From: Candidatus Micrarchaeia archaeon
GTDB lineage: Archaea; Micrarchaeota; Micrarchaeia; Micrarchaeales; CABMGC01
DNA length: 64,000 nucleotides
Direction: 5' to 3'
NCBI GenBank assembly: GCA_049966395.1
Contig: JBMFUT010000001.1
Location: 1-64,000, forward strand
Shown: in pieces, positions 28,649 through 37,585 of the stretch
How the letters are laid out: each line of letters opens with the position of its first letter
How positions within the stretch are numbered: the stretch's first letter is position 1
Notes under the pieces: generated by a model
What the model saw: only the letters and a program-made list of their open reading frames with translations
The model's database searches: none
What the model was told of the DNA's origin: nothing
Program-made: the position numbers and the translations under genes

Positions 28649-29920
28649 TCAGAAGTCCACTTTTATTTTTTCCCCTACTTTAGGCGCGTATGCTTTGTAG
28701 CCTTCCAGCTCCAGCGATGACGCCAGGCTTGCAGTGCTTTCGGGGGCACCGTGCACGCAAATGACTGTTTCCGGACTGCTTTTCTTTATGTAAGTATACA
28801 AATCCTCCTTGCCGGCATGGGCGGAGAAATCGTAGAACGCCACGGGATTTTTGACCTTGAATTTCTTGTTGTCTATTATTATCGGCTTCCCGTCTAGCAA
28901 GAGCCTGCCGTTTGTTCCGGGAATCTGGTAGCCTGTGAGGAATATCTTTGAATTTTGGTTGAGCATTGTTATGTAAGACACTGCCGGGCCTCCGTTGAGC
29001 ATTCCCGCAGTGGTGACTATTATCGACGGGTTCTTAAGTATGCTTTTCCTCTGCGACTTGCTTTCCACCCACCTGGCATTCCTGAGCGCGCTGAGAAGAA
29101 GGTCCTTGTGCCTAGTGAAGTGCGGATAGTTTAGCACTATTTCTGTCGCCTTCTGTGCCATGCCATCCAGATATGTGTATTCTATTAGCCCGTGCTTGTA
29201 AAGCATTGCAAGAATTTCCTGCGCCCTGCCAACCGCGAAGGCAGGAAGCAGAGCCGAGCCTCCGTTGTCAAGCACTGTCTTTATGTCCTCTATGAACTGT
29301 TTTATCAGTTGCTCCCTGTCAGGGTGCTCCCTTGTAGCATATGTAGATTCCGTTATGAGTATATCTGATTTTATTATTTCGGCACTGCTTTGAAGCAGCT
29401 GGGGTGAGAGTTTGAAGTCGCCGGTGTAGAGTATGCGCCTGTCGTTGCGCTTGTTTTCTACAAGGGTCATGGCGCTGCCTGTTATGTGGCCTGCATCGTG
29501 TAGCGTTATAGCATAGTTGCCAACGGCTATTTTGGAGCCGTACGGCTGGGCGTTGTAGTTTCGCTTGAATGACTCCAGTTGCTTTTTGAAGAAGTATTGC
29601 TTCTGCTTGTTTCGCACTGCAAGCTTAATAGAGTCCTCTATGAGGAGGCTGGAAAGCTCGAGTGTAGGTGCAGTACCTATTGTTACTGGGGGTGTGCCAA
29701 AGTAGAGGGAAGGCACGAAGCCGCTGTGGTCGAGATGCGCATGGCTAAGCACGAAAGCATTGACTCCTTTTGCCTGCATTGGTACTTCTACGGTGCCGTC
29801 TATCTTGATGCCGTAATCCATCAGTATGTTCTCTTCTCCTTTCAGAAAAATAGCGGAGCGGCCGACTTCGCTGGCTCCTCCCAAAAAGTCTATTTCCAAT
29901 ATATCATCTGTGCTTTGCAA
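28649..29920 (-). CDS. beta-CASP metallo-beta-lactamase ribonuclease (aCPSF2-like)
   Basis: FLGGASEVGRS, SHAHLDHSG, AGHITGS, YTGDF, ESTY, FSAHA, VHG; start may be TTG 29899. Confidence 0.93.
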   Translation of the reverse strand: MQSTDDILEIDFLGGASEVGRSAIFLKGEENILMDYGIKIDGTVEVPMQAKGVNAFVLSHAHLDHSGFVPSLYFGTPPVTIGTAPTLELSSLLIEDSIKLAVRNKQKQYFFKKQLESFKRNYNAQPYGSKIAVGNYAITLHDAGHITGSAMTLVENKRNDRRILYTGDFKLSPQLLQSSAEIIKSDILITESTYATREHPDREQLIKQFIEDIKTVLDNGGSALLPAFAVGRAQEILAMLYKHGLIEYTYLDGMAQKATEIVLNYPHFTRHKDLLLSALRNARWVESKSQRKSILKNPSIIVTTAGMLNGGPAVSYITMLNQNSKIFLTGYQIPGTNGRLLLDGKPIIIDNKKFKVKNPVAFYDFSAHAGKEDLYTYIKKSSPETVICVHGAPESTASLASSLELEGYKAYAPKVGEKIKVDF

Positions 29921-29981
29921 TTACGATTAAGCATTGGCAAAGAAACTTTATAATTATTTCTTTCTCATATCTATTGATTCG

Positions 29982-30644
29982 ATGGCAGCCGAAGAAGTTA
30001 ATTTCCTTGACCTCGAGTGTCTTTTGAAAATAGGTCCAGACATGGTGCTGGAGAAACTCGGCAGCGCCATAAACGCCAGCTTTTTCGATGCATCCAACAT
30101 AGCGGGATCGCTAAAGCAGAAGGGGCTCATAGATTTCACTGCCAATTATCCGGGGCCTAACGGTATTGTAGTGACGGATGAAGGCAAGAAGTTCATAGAC
30201 GAGGCGAACCTGAAAAGCACGGAGCCCTTCGACAATCTGGACAACGAAATAATAGTCCAGCTTTCCGGAGGCAAGCGCTTGCCTAATGAGCTGTCTGCCG
30301 GGCTCAACATCAGACCTAAGGATCTTGCGCTAAGGCTCTACAAGCTAACCAAGCAAGAGTACGTAAGCGCCCAGCTCAGGAACGGCACTGTGGAGTTGAT
30401 GCTTACGGAAAAGGGATTTCTCCAGGCAAAAAGCGCGCCACAAGCAAAACAAGCTCAGCCTCAGCAGGCTGCGGCTCCGGCAGCGACTCCTCAGGAACAG
30501 AACGAATCAAAGCAAGTGCAGGAAATGGCCAAGGAGCTTGAAAAATTGCCAAGGAAGAAAAGCAATACTACTGCGATGGTAATAACAGTGGTCGTGCTTG
30601 TAGTCATACTGGTAGCTGTTCTTTATTACAAGCATTTCATATAG
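29982..30644 (+). CDS. tandem winged-helix-like protein with C-terminal membrane anchor
   Basis: Two wHTH-like repeats ending VVTDEGKKF and MLTEKGFL, Q/A/P-rich linker, terminal TM VITVVVLVVILVAVLYY. Confidence 0.75.
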   Translation: MAAEEVNFLDLECLLKIGPDMVLEKLGSAINASFFDASNIAGSLKQKGLIDFTANYPGPNGIVVTDEGKKFIDEANLKSTEPFDNLDNEIIVQLSGGKRLPNELSAGLNIRPKDLALRLYKLTKQEYVSAQLRNGTVELMLTEKGFLQAKSAPQAKQAQPQQAAAPAATPQEQNESKQVQEMAKELEKLPRKKSNTTAMVITVVVLVVILVAVLYYKHFI

Positions 30645-30651
30645 TGTTGCA

Positions 30652-31278
30652 ATGCCACTTTTGGATTACATAGAAGCTGCGGCGCTGCTGAACAAATACG
30701 GCATAAGGAGCATAGACAGCAGCTATGTCGAAAGCGCAGAAGACGCGGTCCGCTTTGCCGGAGGAAGGAGGATAGTTCTCAAGCTTATATCAAACAAGGC
30801 GCTGCACAAAAGCAAGGCGGGGCTTGTAAAGCTTGACCTCGGCTCTGAAGATGAAATAAGGAAAGCATTCGATGCACTATCAAAAAAAGGGGAAACGCTC
30901 AAGCCATACAAAATCATTGCGCAGGAAATGGCAAAGCAGGGAGTCGAGATAATAATAGGCAGCAATGTTGACAAGCAGTTCGGCAAGATGCTGCTCCTCG
31001 GCTTGGGAGGCATATATGTTGAAACTTTCAAGGATTTCTCGCTCAGGGTATGCCCAATAAGCAGCTACGATGCAGAGAGCATGATAGACCAGCTCAAATC
31101 GAAGGATATTGTAACCTATTCTGGCAAGGCAAAGGGCATGCTGAAAAGGCTGCTGCTGAGCATGTCCAGGTTCGTCGAAGACAACGATTTTGACGAGATA
31201 GACCTCAATCCTGTAATAATAAGGGAAGACGGCTATGACCTTGTTGACATAAGAATTTTGAAAGGAGAGAAGGTGTGA
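30652..31278 (+). CDS. acdB: acetate--CoA ligase (ADP-forming), beta subunit (ATP-grasp)
   Basis: LHKSKAGLVKL, EIIIG...DKQFG, GLGGIYVE, EIDLNP. Confidence 0.92.
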   Translation: MPLLDYIEAAALLNKYGIRSIDSSYVESAEDAVRFAGGRRIVLKLISNKALHKSKAGLVKLDLGSEDEIRKAFDALSKKGETLKPYKIIAQEMAKQGVEIIIGSNVDKQFGKMLLLGLGGIYVETFKDFSLRVCPISSYDAESMIDQLKSKDIVTYSGKAKGMLKRLLLSMSRFVEDNDFDEIDLNPVIIREDGYDLVDIRILKGEKV

Positions 31279-32675
31279 AAGTGCTGCCCAAAACAAAAAA
31301 TAATCTCAAATACGCGTTTGCGCCAAAGAGCGTTGCGGTCATAGGCGCGTCTAGGGACCCTGGGAAGGTTGGCCACGTAATACTGCAAAACTACATCGAC
31401 GAAGGTTACTCTGGGAAGATATATCCTGTCAACAAGAACGCGGACAGTGTAATGGGGCTAAAGTCATACAAAAGCATCCTTGACATAAAAAAGAGGATAG
31501 ATCTGGCAGTTATAGCTGTGCCTGCGCCGGTTGTTCCTTCAGTGCTGGAGGAGTGCGGCAAGGCAGGAGCTAGGAGCGCTGTTGTTGTGAGCGGCGGCTT
31601 CGCAGAAGTGGGCAACACCGAATTGCAGGAGGAAATAGTAAGGATAGCGCAGAAGTACAACATCGCAATGATAGGCCCGAACTGCCTTGGCATAGTAGAC
31701 CCGCGCTCTAGGGTAGACACGCTCTTTCTTCCGACTTACAAGCTGAGCAAGCCCAAGATAGGCGGGGTTAGTTTTGTTGCGCAGAGCGGAGCGGTTGGTA
31801 GCGTAGTGCTTGACATGATAGCAAAGGAGGGCTTCGGCATATCCAAGTTCATATCCTACGGCAACGCAGCATACGTTGACGAGGTAGACATTTTGGAATA
31901 CCTGATGCGCGACAAGGACACCAAAGTAATAGTGATGTACATAGAGGGCGTTAATCGCGGCAGGGATTTTATAGAGATAGCAAAGAGGATAACTAAGGTC
32001 AAGCCGGTTGTGATAATAAAAGGAGGGATGACAGCGGCCGGAGGAGTTGCGGCGCACTCGCACACCGCCGCAATTGCAGGAAGCTCTGAGGCATATGACG
32101 CGGTGTTCAGGCAGTTCGGCTTTTCAAAGGCGGCAGACCTTAGCGAGCTCTTGCACTTTGCAAAAATATTCGACTCGGAGCCGATGCCAAATGGAAACAA
32201 GATTGCAGTAATAACAAATGGAGGGGGCATGGGCGTCCTCACTACCGACGAAATTTACATCAGCGGCCTTGCGCTCGGGGAATTTGCAGATAACACCAAA
32301 AAAAGCCTTAGGAAAGTGATGCCTCAGATAGTGAATATAAGAAACCCCCTAGACTTGGCCGGGGATGCCGATGCAGAAAGATATGGAAAGGCTTTGGAAA
32401 TTGTGACCAAGGACCCAAACATCGATATGATAATTGTCATCATCCTGTTTCAGACTCCTGGAGCCGATTCCTCTGTTGCAGAAAAGGTCATAGCCTACAA
32501 GGAAATAAGTGACAAGCCTATGATTGTTATAAGCGTTGGAACCGACTACACGCAGATGCACAAGACAATGATGGAAAGCGCCGGGCTCCCTGTTTATGAT
32601 TCCCCTGCCGCAGCTGCGAGATCGCTTTCTGAGCTGCTCAAGTATGCAAATTACCTCAAAAGAATCGAGGACTAG
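31275..32675 (+). CDS. acdA: acetate--CoA ligase (ADP-forming), alpha subunit
   Basis: PKSVAVIGAS, IGPNCLG, QSGA, SYGN, SHT phospho-His motif, TNGGG.GV, NPLDL.GDA. Confidence 0.95.
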   Translation: MKVLPKTKNNLKYAFAPKSVAVIGASRDPGKVGHVILQNYIDEGYSGKIYPVNKNADSVMGLKSYKSILDIKKRIDLAVIAVPAPVVPSVLEECGKAGARSAVVVSGGFAEVGNTELQEEIVRIAQKYNIAMIGPNCLGIVDPRSRVDTLFLPTYKLSKPKIGGVSFVAQSGAVGSVVLDMIAKEGFGISKFISYGNAAYVDEVDILEYLMRDKDTKVIVMYIEGVNRGRDFIEIAKRITKVKPVVIIKGGMTAAGGVAAHSHTAAIAGSSEAYDAVFRQFGFSKAADLSELLHFAKIFDSEPMPNGNKIAVITNGGGMGVLTTDEIYISGLALGEFADNTKKSLRKVMPQIVNIRNPLDLAGDADAERYGKALEIVTKDPNIDMIIVIILFQTPGADSSVAEKVIAYKEISDKPMIVISVGTDYTQMHKTMMESAGLPVYDSPAAAARSLSELLKYANYLKRIED

Positions 32676-33883
32676 CCCTGCTGTATTCCAAGCAGTTCTG
32701 AAATGGCTTTCTTTACAGTTTCGTTCTTTTCCCCAGAAGAGAGTATCTCGAAAAGAGCCGCAGGGCTTATGCGCAGGTCGTAACCGCTGTTCTTGATGCT
32801 TTCTACAAGTATGCCTAGGCCAAGGTCCTTTACAGGTATGTTATCCATGCTGCCGGTGCGCAGGCCTTCTATATTCCTTATGAGTTCGGTATCTTCAACT
32901 CCGGTCCTGTTTATCTCTATGTATGCTTCCTGCGAGTGGTTCTTTATTATCTCGTTGAAGTGCATGTCTGACTGGGTAAAGCCTTCCTTTATGGTGCCGC
33001 TCAGTGTGATCCTTATTACGGGATTTGTTCCCTGTTTCGCGCTTTTTTTGATGCCGTCTTCTATTGCGGAATTTATTTCCTCAGGGCTCTTTCCCGTCAC
33101 GTCTATATCTACATTGAAGAATGGGCGCGCGTTTATCTTGACAAAATTGTAGGTGCTGTTCGAGGTGTCGAAAATGAAAAAGCCCTTTTCCGTCTCTTCC
33201 TTTCTCAGCTGTGTGAGAACTGTGCTGCCTGGTATAAGAAGCGGCTTCCCGTGGGCTTTTGTCTCGACCCTGCTGTGTATATGGCCGTCGACATACAAAT
33301 CGAAACCTTCTGGAAGCTCGTCGAGCTTGAGGAAATCTTTGTTAAACTGCATAAGCTCGTATATAGACTGATGGAACATGAAGACATTGAAAACCCCTGG
33401 CACGGGTTTGGGGTCTAGCCTGCGCAGCTCTTCCAGCAGCTTGTCCTCTGCTATGCCACCGATACCGGATATTGCCACGCGCTCGCCGCTTTTTTCTATT
33501 ACCGCGGTGGACTCGCTTACGTTTACGAGAAGCCCAGCAAGATTCAGAAGCTCGACTGCGTCTTCTTCTTCTACAGAACGGCGCTCGTGAGTTCCAGGTA
33601 TGGCAATTATAGGCAAGTCAGTGTATGTTTTGCGCTTTGGGTTTTTTGTGTCGAAAGAAACAAGCTTTGCTTTCCAATTTGCACTCTTAAGCCCCCTGAA
33701 AATGTTTACTGCCTGTGCAATAACTTCTGGCTTTGGAGTTCTGTTGTCGAATATGTCGCCCGGTATGACAAGTGCGTCTGCCATCGAAGCCGCGCTTTGC
33801 AGAGCTTCTGATGCCTGCTTGTAAGCGTCGTCAAAGAATCTTTCGTAACCTAAATGGAAATCTGACAATATTGCAAGCTTCAT
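32672..33883 (-). CDS. mre11: DNA double-strand break repair nuclease Mre11
   Basis: ILSDFHLG, PGDIFD, PGTHE, MFHQ, DGHIH, PGS; start ATG 33883. Confidence 0.88.
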   Translation of the reverse strand: MKLAILSDFHLGYERFFDDAYKQASEALQSAASMADALVIPGDIFDNRTPKPEVIAQAVNIFRGLKSANWKAKLVSFDTKNPKRKTYTDLPIIAIPGTHERRSVEEEDAVELLNLAGLLVNVSESTAVIEKSGERVAISGIGGIAEDKLLEELRRLDPKPVPGVFNVFMFHQSIYELMQFNKDFLKLDELPEGFDLYVDGHIHSRVETKAHGKPLLIPGSTVLTQLRKEETEKGFFIFDTSNSTYNFVKINARPFFNVDIDVTGKSPEEINSAIEDGIKKSAKQGTNPVIRITLSGTIKEGFTQSDMHFNEIIKNHSQEAYIEINRTGVEDTELIRNIEGLRTGSMDNIPVKDLGLGILVESIKNSGYDLRISPAALFEILSSGEKNETVKKAISELLGIQQG

Positions 33884-33919
33884 ACTACGACCACGCGGTT
33901 GCAAGCCGCAGTTTTAATT

Positions 33920-34001
33920 TGCGGCCGGCGGGAATCGGACCCGCGTATCAAGCTTGGGAAGCTTACACTTGTTTTGTATCCTCCCACTAGATTACGACCG
34001 C
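33920..34001 (-). tRNA. tRNA-Gly(CCC) with 11-nt intron in the anticodon stem (29/30), intron 33963-33973
   Basis: Reverse complement GCGGTCG...ATACAA[AACAAGTGTAA]GC-TTCCCAA-GCTTG...GCGGG-TCCGATT-CCCGC-CGGCCGC-A; intron removal gives a perfect CAAGC/GCTTG stem and 71 nt. Confidence 0.92.
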
Positions 34002-34020
34002 ATCTTTTTCAGCGTAAGCA

Positions 34021-34791
34021 CTACCTTATGTAAGTGAAGTTTTCTTTGCTTGGCTGCTGCCCCTGCGATTCCGCTGCTTCCTCGAAGGCTTTTACCATTT
34101 TCTCGGTCTCTTTTTTAATCTTGTCAAGATTTTCTGAATTCACTTTTATGTCCAGCAGCTTTGAAACCACTCCCAGCACTGCCTTTGCAGAGTTTGCATC
34201 TACGTCAAGCATTCCAGTCTCGCCCATTATGCATGCGGCGTCTATCTTGTATTTTTTGGCGAACGTCACTATGAGCCCGGCGGAGCCCCATATCATCCCG
34301 GTTATCTGGCCGAAAAGCACGCCGTTTTTGCTTAGTTCGTCGCGAAGCTTGTCGCTCCATGTGACGCCGAATACCTTAGGATTGCTGACATATTGGTTGG
34401 AGGTGTTGGACCCTCCTATGGTAAATATTTTCTTGCCTTTCAGGAGCTTGAAAAATCTCACTATCTTTTCGTTTATTTCATACTGCCCTTCTGGAGCCAG
34501 AGCCTGCGCATCGCCCGTAAGTATTATCATGTCGCTAGCATCTTTTGATTTCGAAGGATTTTTCCAATAGTAGAACCTGTTGCTGGGCATGCGCACGCCG
34601 CCGCTCTTTAGCATGAACACCTGGTGGGGGAAATGCGGCGAGTAGAGCGTCGCGAACTTTTTGGCGCCTAGCGACTTCTTGATGCTTTCCGCTACAAGAC
34701 TCCCTACATTGCCTATTCCTGGCAGGCCGACTATTAGTATGGGGTTGCGCGGTTTTATTTTCTTGTTATAGTATATTTTCGTCTTTTCCAT
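34021..34791 (-). CDS. PAC2-family proteasome assembly chaperone
   Basis: ILIVGLPGIGNVG, LYSPHFPHQV, GDAQ, IWGSAGL, CIMGET. Confidence 0.92.
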   Translation of the reverse strand: MEKTKIYYNKKIKPRNPILIVGLPGIGNVGSLVAESIKKSLGAKKFATLYSPHFPHQVFMLKSGGVRMPSNRFYYWKNPSKSKDASDMIILTGDAQALAPEGQYEINEKIVRFFKLLKGKKIFTIGGSNTSNQYVSNPKVFGVTWSDKLRDELSKNGVLFGQITGMIWGSAGLIVTFAKKYKIDAACIMGETGMLDVDANSAKAVLGVVSKLLDIKVNSENLDKIKKETEKMVKAFEEAAESQGQQPSKENFTYIR

Positions 34792-35553
34792 CTAATCCTT
34801 CTCCTTTTTAAGTGTAAAACCGTCTTGTTTGAAATACTTCCCCAGAATCTTTTCCGCTTCTTTTATTTTTTCCTCTGCAATGAAATAGTCCTTTGCCTCT
34901 GACGAAATCCTATAATGGGGCGCGCTCATGTAGTTTACTTTAAGGCCCATTCCTTCTATCTCCAAGAACGCTTTCTTTATTGTTTCTATGTTCGCGGCGC
35001 GCGGAGTGTTTAGCTCGACCACATATGTGACTTCGTATATCTTTGGCTTGATGTTCTTTTTAATAGCATCAACGAATTCTGTCTTGAAGTTGCTGTCGAT
35101 TGACAAAGAGTTGATTATAGAAGGGTCTTCCATTACCGAGTCTATCGCTTCTGTAAACGTGTTGAAGTGCTTTGACAGCTCCTGCCTTATCTGCTGCTCT
35201 TGAGATTCTGTCTTTGTTGATGCCAGCACTTGCTTGAACAACGCCTCGTACCTTTTTTCCATGTTGTAGGCATTCAGCTTGTCTTTATACTCCTTCTCGT
35301 TTACTTTCTTTATTGATACATCAATTGCCCTCTTTTCCTTGTCTACGTATATTACTTTGGCGACTTCCGTCTTGCCCTCCTTTAGGAATTCGTGTATGTT
35401 TTTTATCCATCCCGAAGCGACTTCCTTTATAGGCAAATATGCTTCTTCGTTTCCGTACTCTATAATGTTGCAGTAGGCGCCGAACGGCATTATCTTTTTT
35501 ACCTTTATTATTACTTTTTCGCCAACTTCCGGAAGCGCTTTTGGGACTATCAT
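34792..35553 (-). CDS. eif2a: translation initiation factor 2 subunit alpha
   Basis: LPEVGE, S1 domain EVASGWIKNI, IDVSIKKV, SAPHYRI. Confidence 0.95.
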   Translation of the reverse strand: MIVPKALPEVGEKVIIKVKKIMPFGAYCNIIEYGNEEAYLPIKEVASGWIKNIHEFLKEGKTEVAKVIYVDKEKRAIDVSIKKVNEKEYKDKLNAYNMEKRYEALFKQVLASTKTESQEQQIRQELSKHFNTFTEAIDSVMEDPSIINSLSIDSNFKTEFVDAIKKNIKPKIYEVTYVVELNTPRAANIETIKKAFLEIEGMGLKVNYMSAPHYRISSEAKDYFIAEEKIKEAEKILGKYFKQDGFTLKKEKD

Positions 35554-35560
35554 GCAGCCT

Positions 35561-35842
35561 TTACCTCTTTATTTCTATTTTCTTTTTCGTTCTTTTGCCC
35601 ACGACCCGCTCTATTGTCTTGTGGCATACGCTGCATTCCAACAGTATCTTCTGCTTCTTTCCCAATTTCTTAGGATGTATTTTCGGCTCGACGCTTCCTA
35701 CGTATCCTTTTATTGCCCTGTTGTGCCTTCTTTTACCTACATTGAGCCATCTCTCCGGCTTTTTGGAGTATACTTTCACAGTATGCAGCGTGTGCTTGTT
35801 GCAATACGGGCAATATGCCATTATCTCTTTTTCTATCTTCAT
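35561..35842 (-). CDS. rpl44e: 50S ribosomal protein L44e (eL42)
   Basis: YCPYCNKHTLH, K...K..ILLECSVC. Confidence 0.95.
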   Translation of the reverse strand: MKIEKEIMAYCPYCNKHTLHTVKVYSKKPERWLNVGKRRHNRAIKGYVGSVEPKIHPKKLGKKQKILLECSVCHKTIERVVGKRTKKKIEIKR

Positions 35843-35852
35843 GCCATCATGC

Positions 35853-36341
35853 TCATATTATTTCACAAAGCTTGTTGTTTAGCAGAAAGTCAAGTTCGTT
35901 CTTGTCAGAAACTTCTACTATTTGATTTTTGCTGAAAGGCCCTATCTTTCCGCCTGTTTGAATGACCACTTCCGGTATGTCTGCGACTATTCGCACTTTC
36001 AAATTCTTTGAGCCTTGGGGGTTGCTTATGTTGCTTATCTGCTTTTTTATTTCTGAGTAAAGCAGATCTTCCTCTTCGGGTACGCTTGACGGCAGTTTTT
36101 TGCTGTATGCCAAATATATCAGGATCTTTTGTATCCTCTTTTCGCGGATTTCCGAAAGCAGTTTTTTGAAATTTTCAATCTGCTTGGCTTTAGTTTCGCT
36201 GTTTTCACCAGAAGACTCCTTTTCAATATATTCCTCAGTCTTCTTATAAAAGTCTTTCGCAAGAGGAAGAAGTTCCCCAGTCTTGCGCTCTTCCGCAAGT
36301 TTGGAAAATAGTATGTCAACAGAAAGATCTTCTTGCATCAA
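35853..36341 (-). CDS. GINS complex subunit (Gins15/51-like)
   Basis: LLPLAKDFY, R..KI..LA, EE..LY, C-terminal B domain VRIVADIPE...GGKIGPF; conserved position upstream of rpl44e. Confidence 0.8.
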   Translation of the reverse strand: MMQEDLSVDILFSKLAEERKTGELLPLAKDFYKKTEEYIEKESSGENSETKAKQIENFKKLLSEIREKRIQKILIYLAYSKKLPSSVPEEEDLLYSEIKKQISNISNPQGSKNLKVRIVADIPEVVIQTGGKIGPFSKNQIVEVSDKNELDFLLNNKLCEII

Positions 36342-36353
36342 ATCATCTGATGG

Positions 36354-36483
36354 GAGGGTATGTTTCCACTATTCATGTTGTTTTTATTATATTATATACT
36401 TCTATGAGAATTATGGATATGTATATAATGGCACAAAATTTAATAACGTGACGAAAAAGGATAAATAGTGGAACTGAACCCTC
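36354..36483. repeat. imperfect inverted repeat flanking an AT-rich spacer
   Basis: GAGGGT-n4-TTCCACTATT (36354-36373) versus AATAGTGGAA-n4-ACCCTC (36464-36483). Confidence 0.7.
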
Positions 36484-36485
36484 AT

Positions 36486-36560
36486 TAGCGAGGGATGGAT
36501 TTGAACCACCGTTCTCCGGGTTATGAGCCCGGCGGGCACTCCAGACTACCCTACCTCGCT
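36486..36560 (-). tRNA. initiator tRNA-Met(CAT)
   Basis: AGCGAGG acceptor with A1:U72, anticodon arm CCGGG-CTCATAA-CCCGG with three consecutive G-C pairs, T-loop TTCAAAT. Confidence 0.95.
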
Positions 36561-36585
36561 ATGCATTATAATTAGCAATACAAGA

Positions 36586-37269
36586 TTATAAACTTTCTTT
36601 TTCGCCTAAAATCAGTCTTTCCGCTTCTTCCTTGTCTATTCTTTTCATCATGCGACCGCATTCGCACTTGAAATTCATTTCTTCGGCGGTCCAAAAAGGA
36701 AATATTGTCTTGTTTTCTTCAAAACACTTCTCACATACAAAAAAGTCGTTGCAGTTTTCAGGCAACGAATAATCATTGTTTTCCTCATTTACCTTGTATA
36801 CAAACCCTCTAAGTTTTTCTGGATCTATATACCATCTAAAGGTAAGCCATCCATTATTAGCTTTGTCGGATTCGTATCTTGCCACCCCGATAGTGTTCAG
36901 AGAATTAAGCATCCTTCTGACTTCGTTTATTTTTATGTTCGTCTTGGCCGCAATAGATTCGTCAGTCTGATAATCGGCGAGAAGTTTTATTATGTCCTCT
37001 CCTTTTTTGCCGACGTTTTTTGCAATATAGTCTGAAAACTTGGAATCAGAAATCGCCTCGTTTATCGCGGCGAGCCTTGCAATGCTGAAAGCTGCCTTGG
37101 TTGACGCAATCTTCTTGTTTCTGTTTGCATTCCTCGTTGCATGGGCTTTGGCAGCAGCTTTGGCATGCTTGATTGCATGAACAGTATGCGCCTTTGGCTT
37201 GCCATAACTCTTCTTGGCAGTTGTATTTTTGTGAGGAAGTGCGTGTTTGTTTGACTTTTTAATCTTCAT
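36586..37269 (-). CDS. tfe: transcription factor E (TFE alpha) with basic N-terminal extension
   Basis: TDESIA...INEVRRML..L, GWLTFRW, FFVCEKC...AEEMNFKCECG. Confidence 0.88.
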   Translation of the reverse strand: MKIKKSNKHALPHKNTTAKKSYGKPKAHTVHAIKHAKAAAKAHATRNANRNKKIASTKAAFSIARLAAINEAISDSKFSDYIAKNVGKKGEDIIKLLADYQTDESIAAKTNIKINEVRRMLNSLNTIGVARYESDKANNGWLTFRWYIDPEKLRGFVYKVNEENNDYSLPENCNDFFVCEKCFEENKTIFPFWTAEEMNFKCECGRMMKRIDKEEAERLILGEKESL

Positions 37270-37429
37270 TTAATCATCTTGCGGCCGGGCAACACAAGAG
37301 TATTATGCCTCTTTTAATATTTAAGGTTTATGATTTGTTGCAAAAACGCAAACCCGTGTTAGGATTTTGCATCGTCCTGTTCTCTATGCAACCTCGCAAC
37401 ACAACCGCCGTGCAAAGTAAGTGCATAGG

Positions 37430-37504
37430 CGGGCCCGGTGGGATTTGGACCCACGACTTACTGGTTAAGAGCCAGTCACTCTGACCAAACTGAGTTACGG
37501 ACCC
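37430..37504 (-). tRNA. tRNA-Lys(CTT)
   Basis: GGGTCCG/CGGGCCC acceptor, anticodon arm ACTGG-CTCTTAA-CCAGT, T arm GTGGG-TCCAAAT-CCCAC. Confidence 0.95.
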
Positions 37505-37585
37505 ACGCAATCTATTATTGCATCTCTGCTTTATAAATCTTTTACCTCCTCGCAGTTCGCTGCAACGCTCGCACGCTGTCTTATG

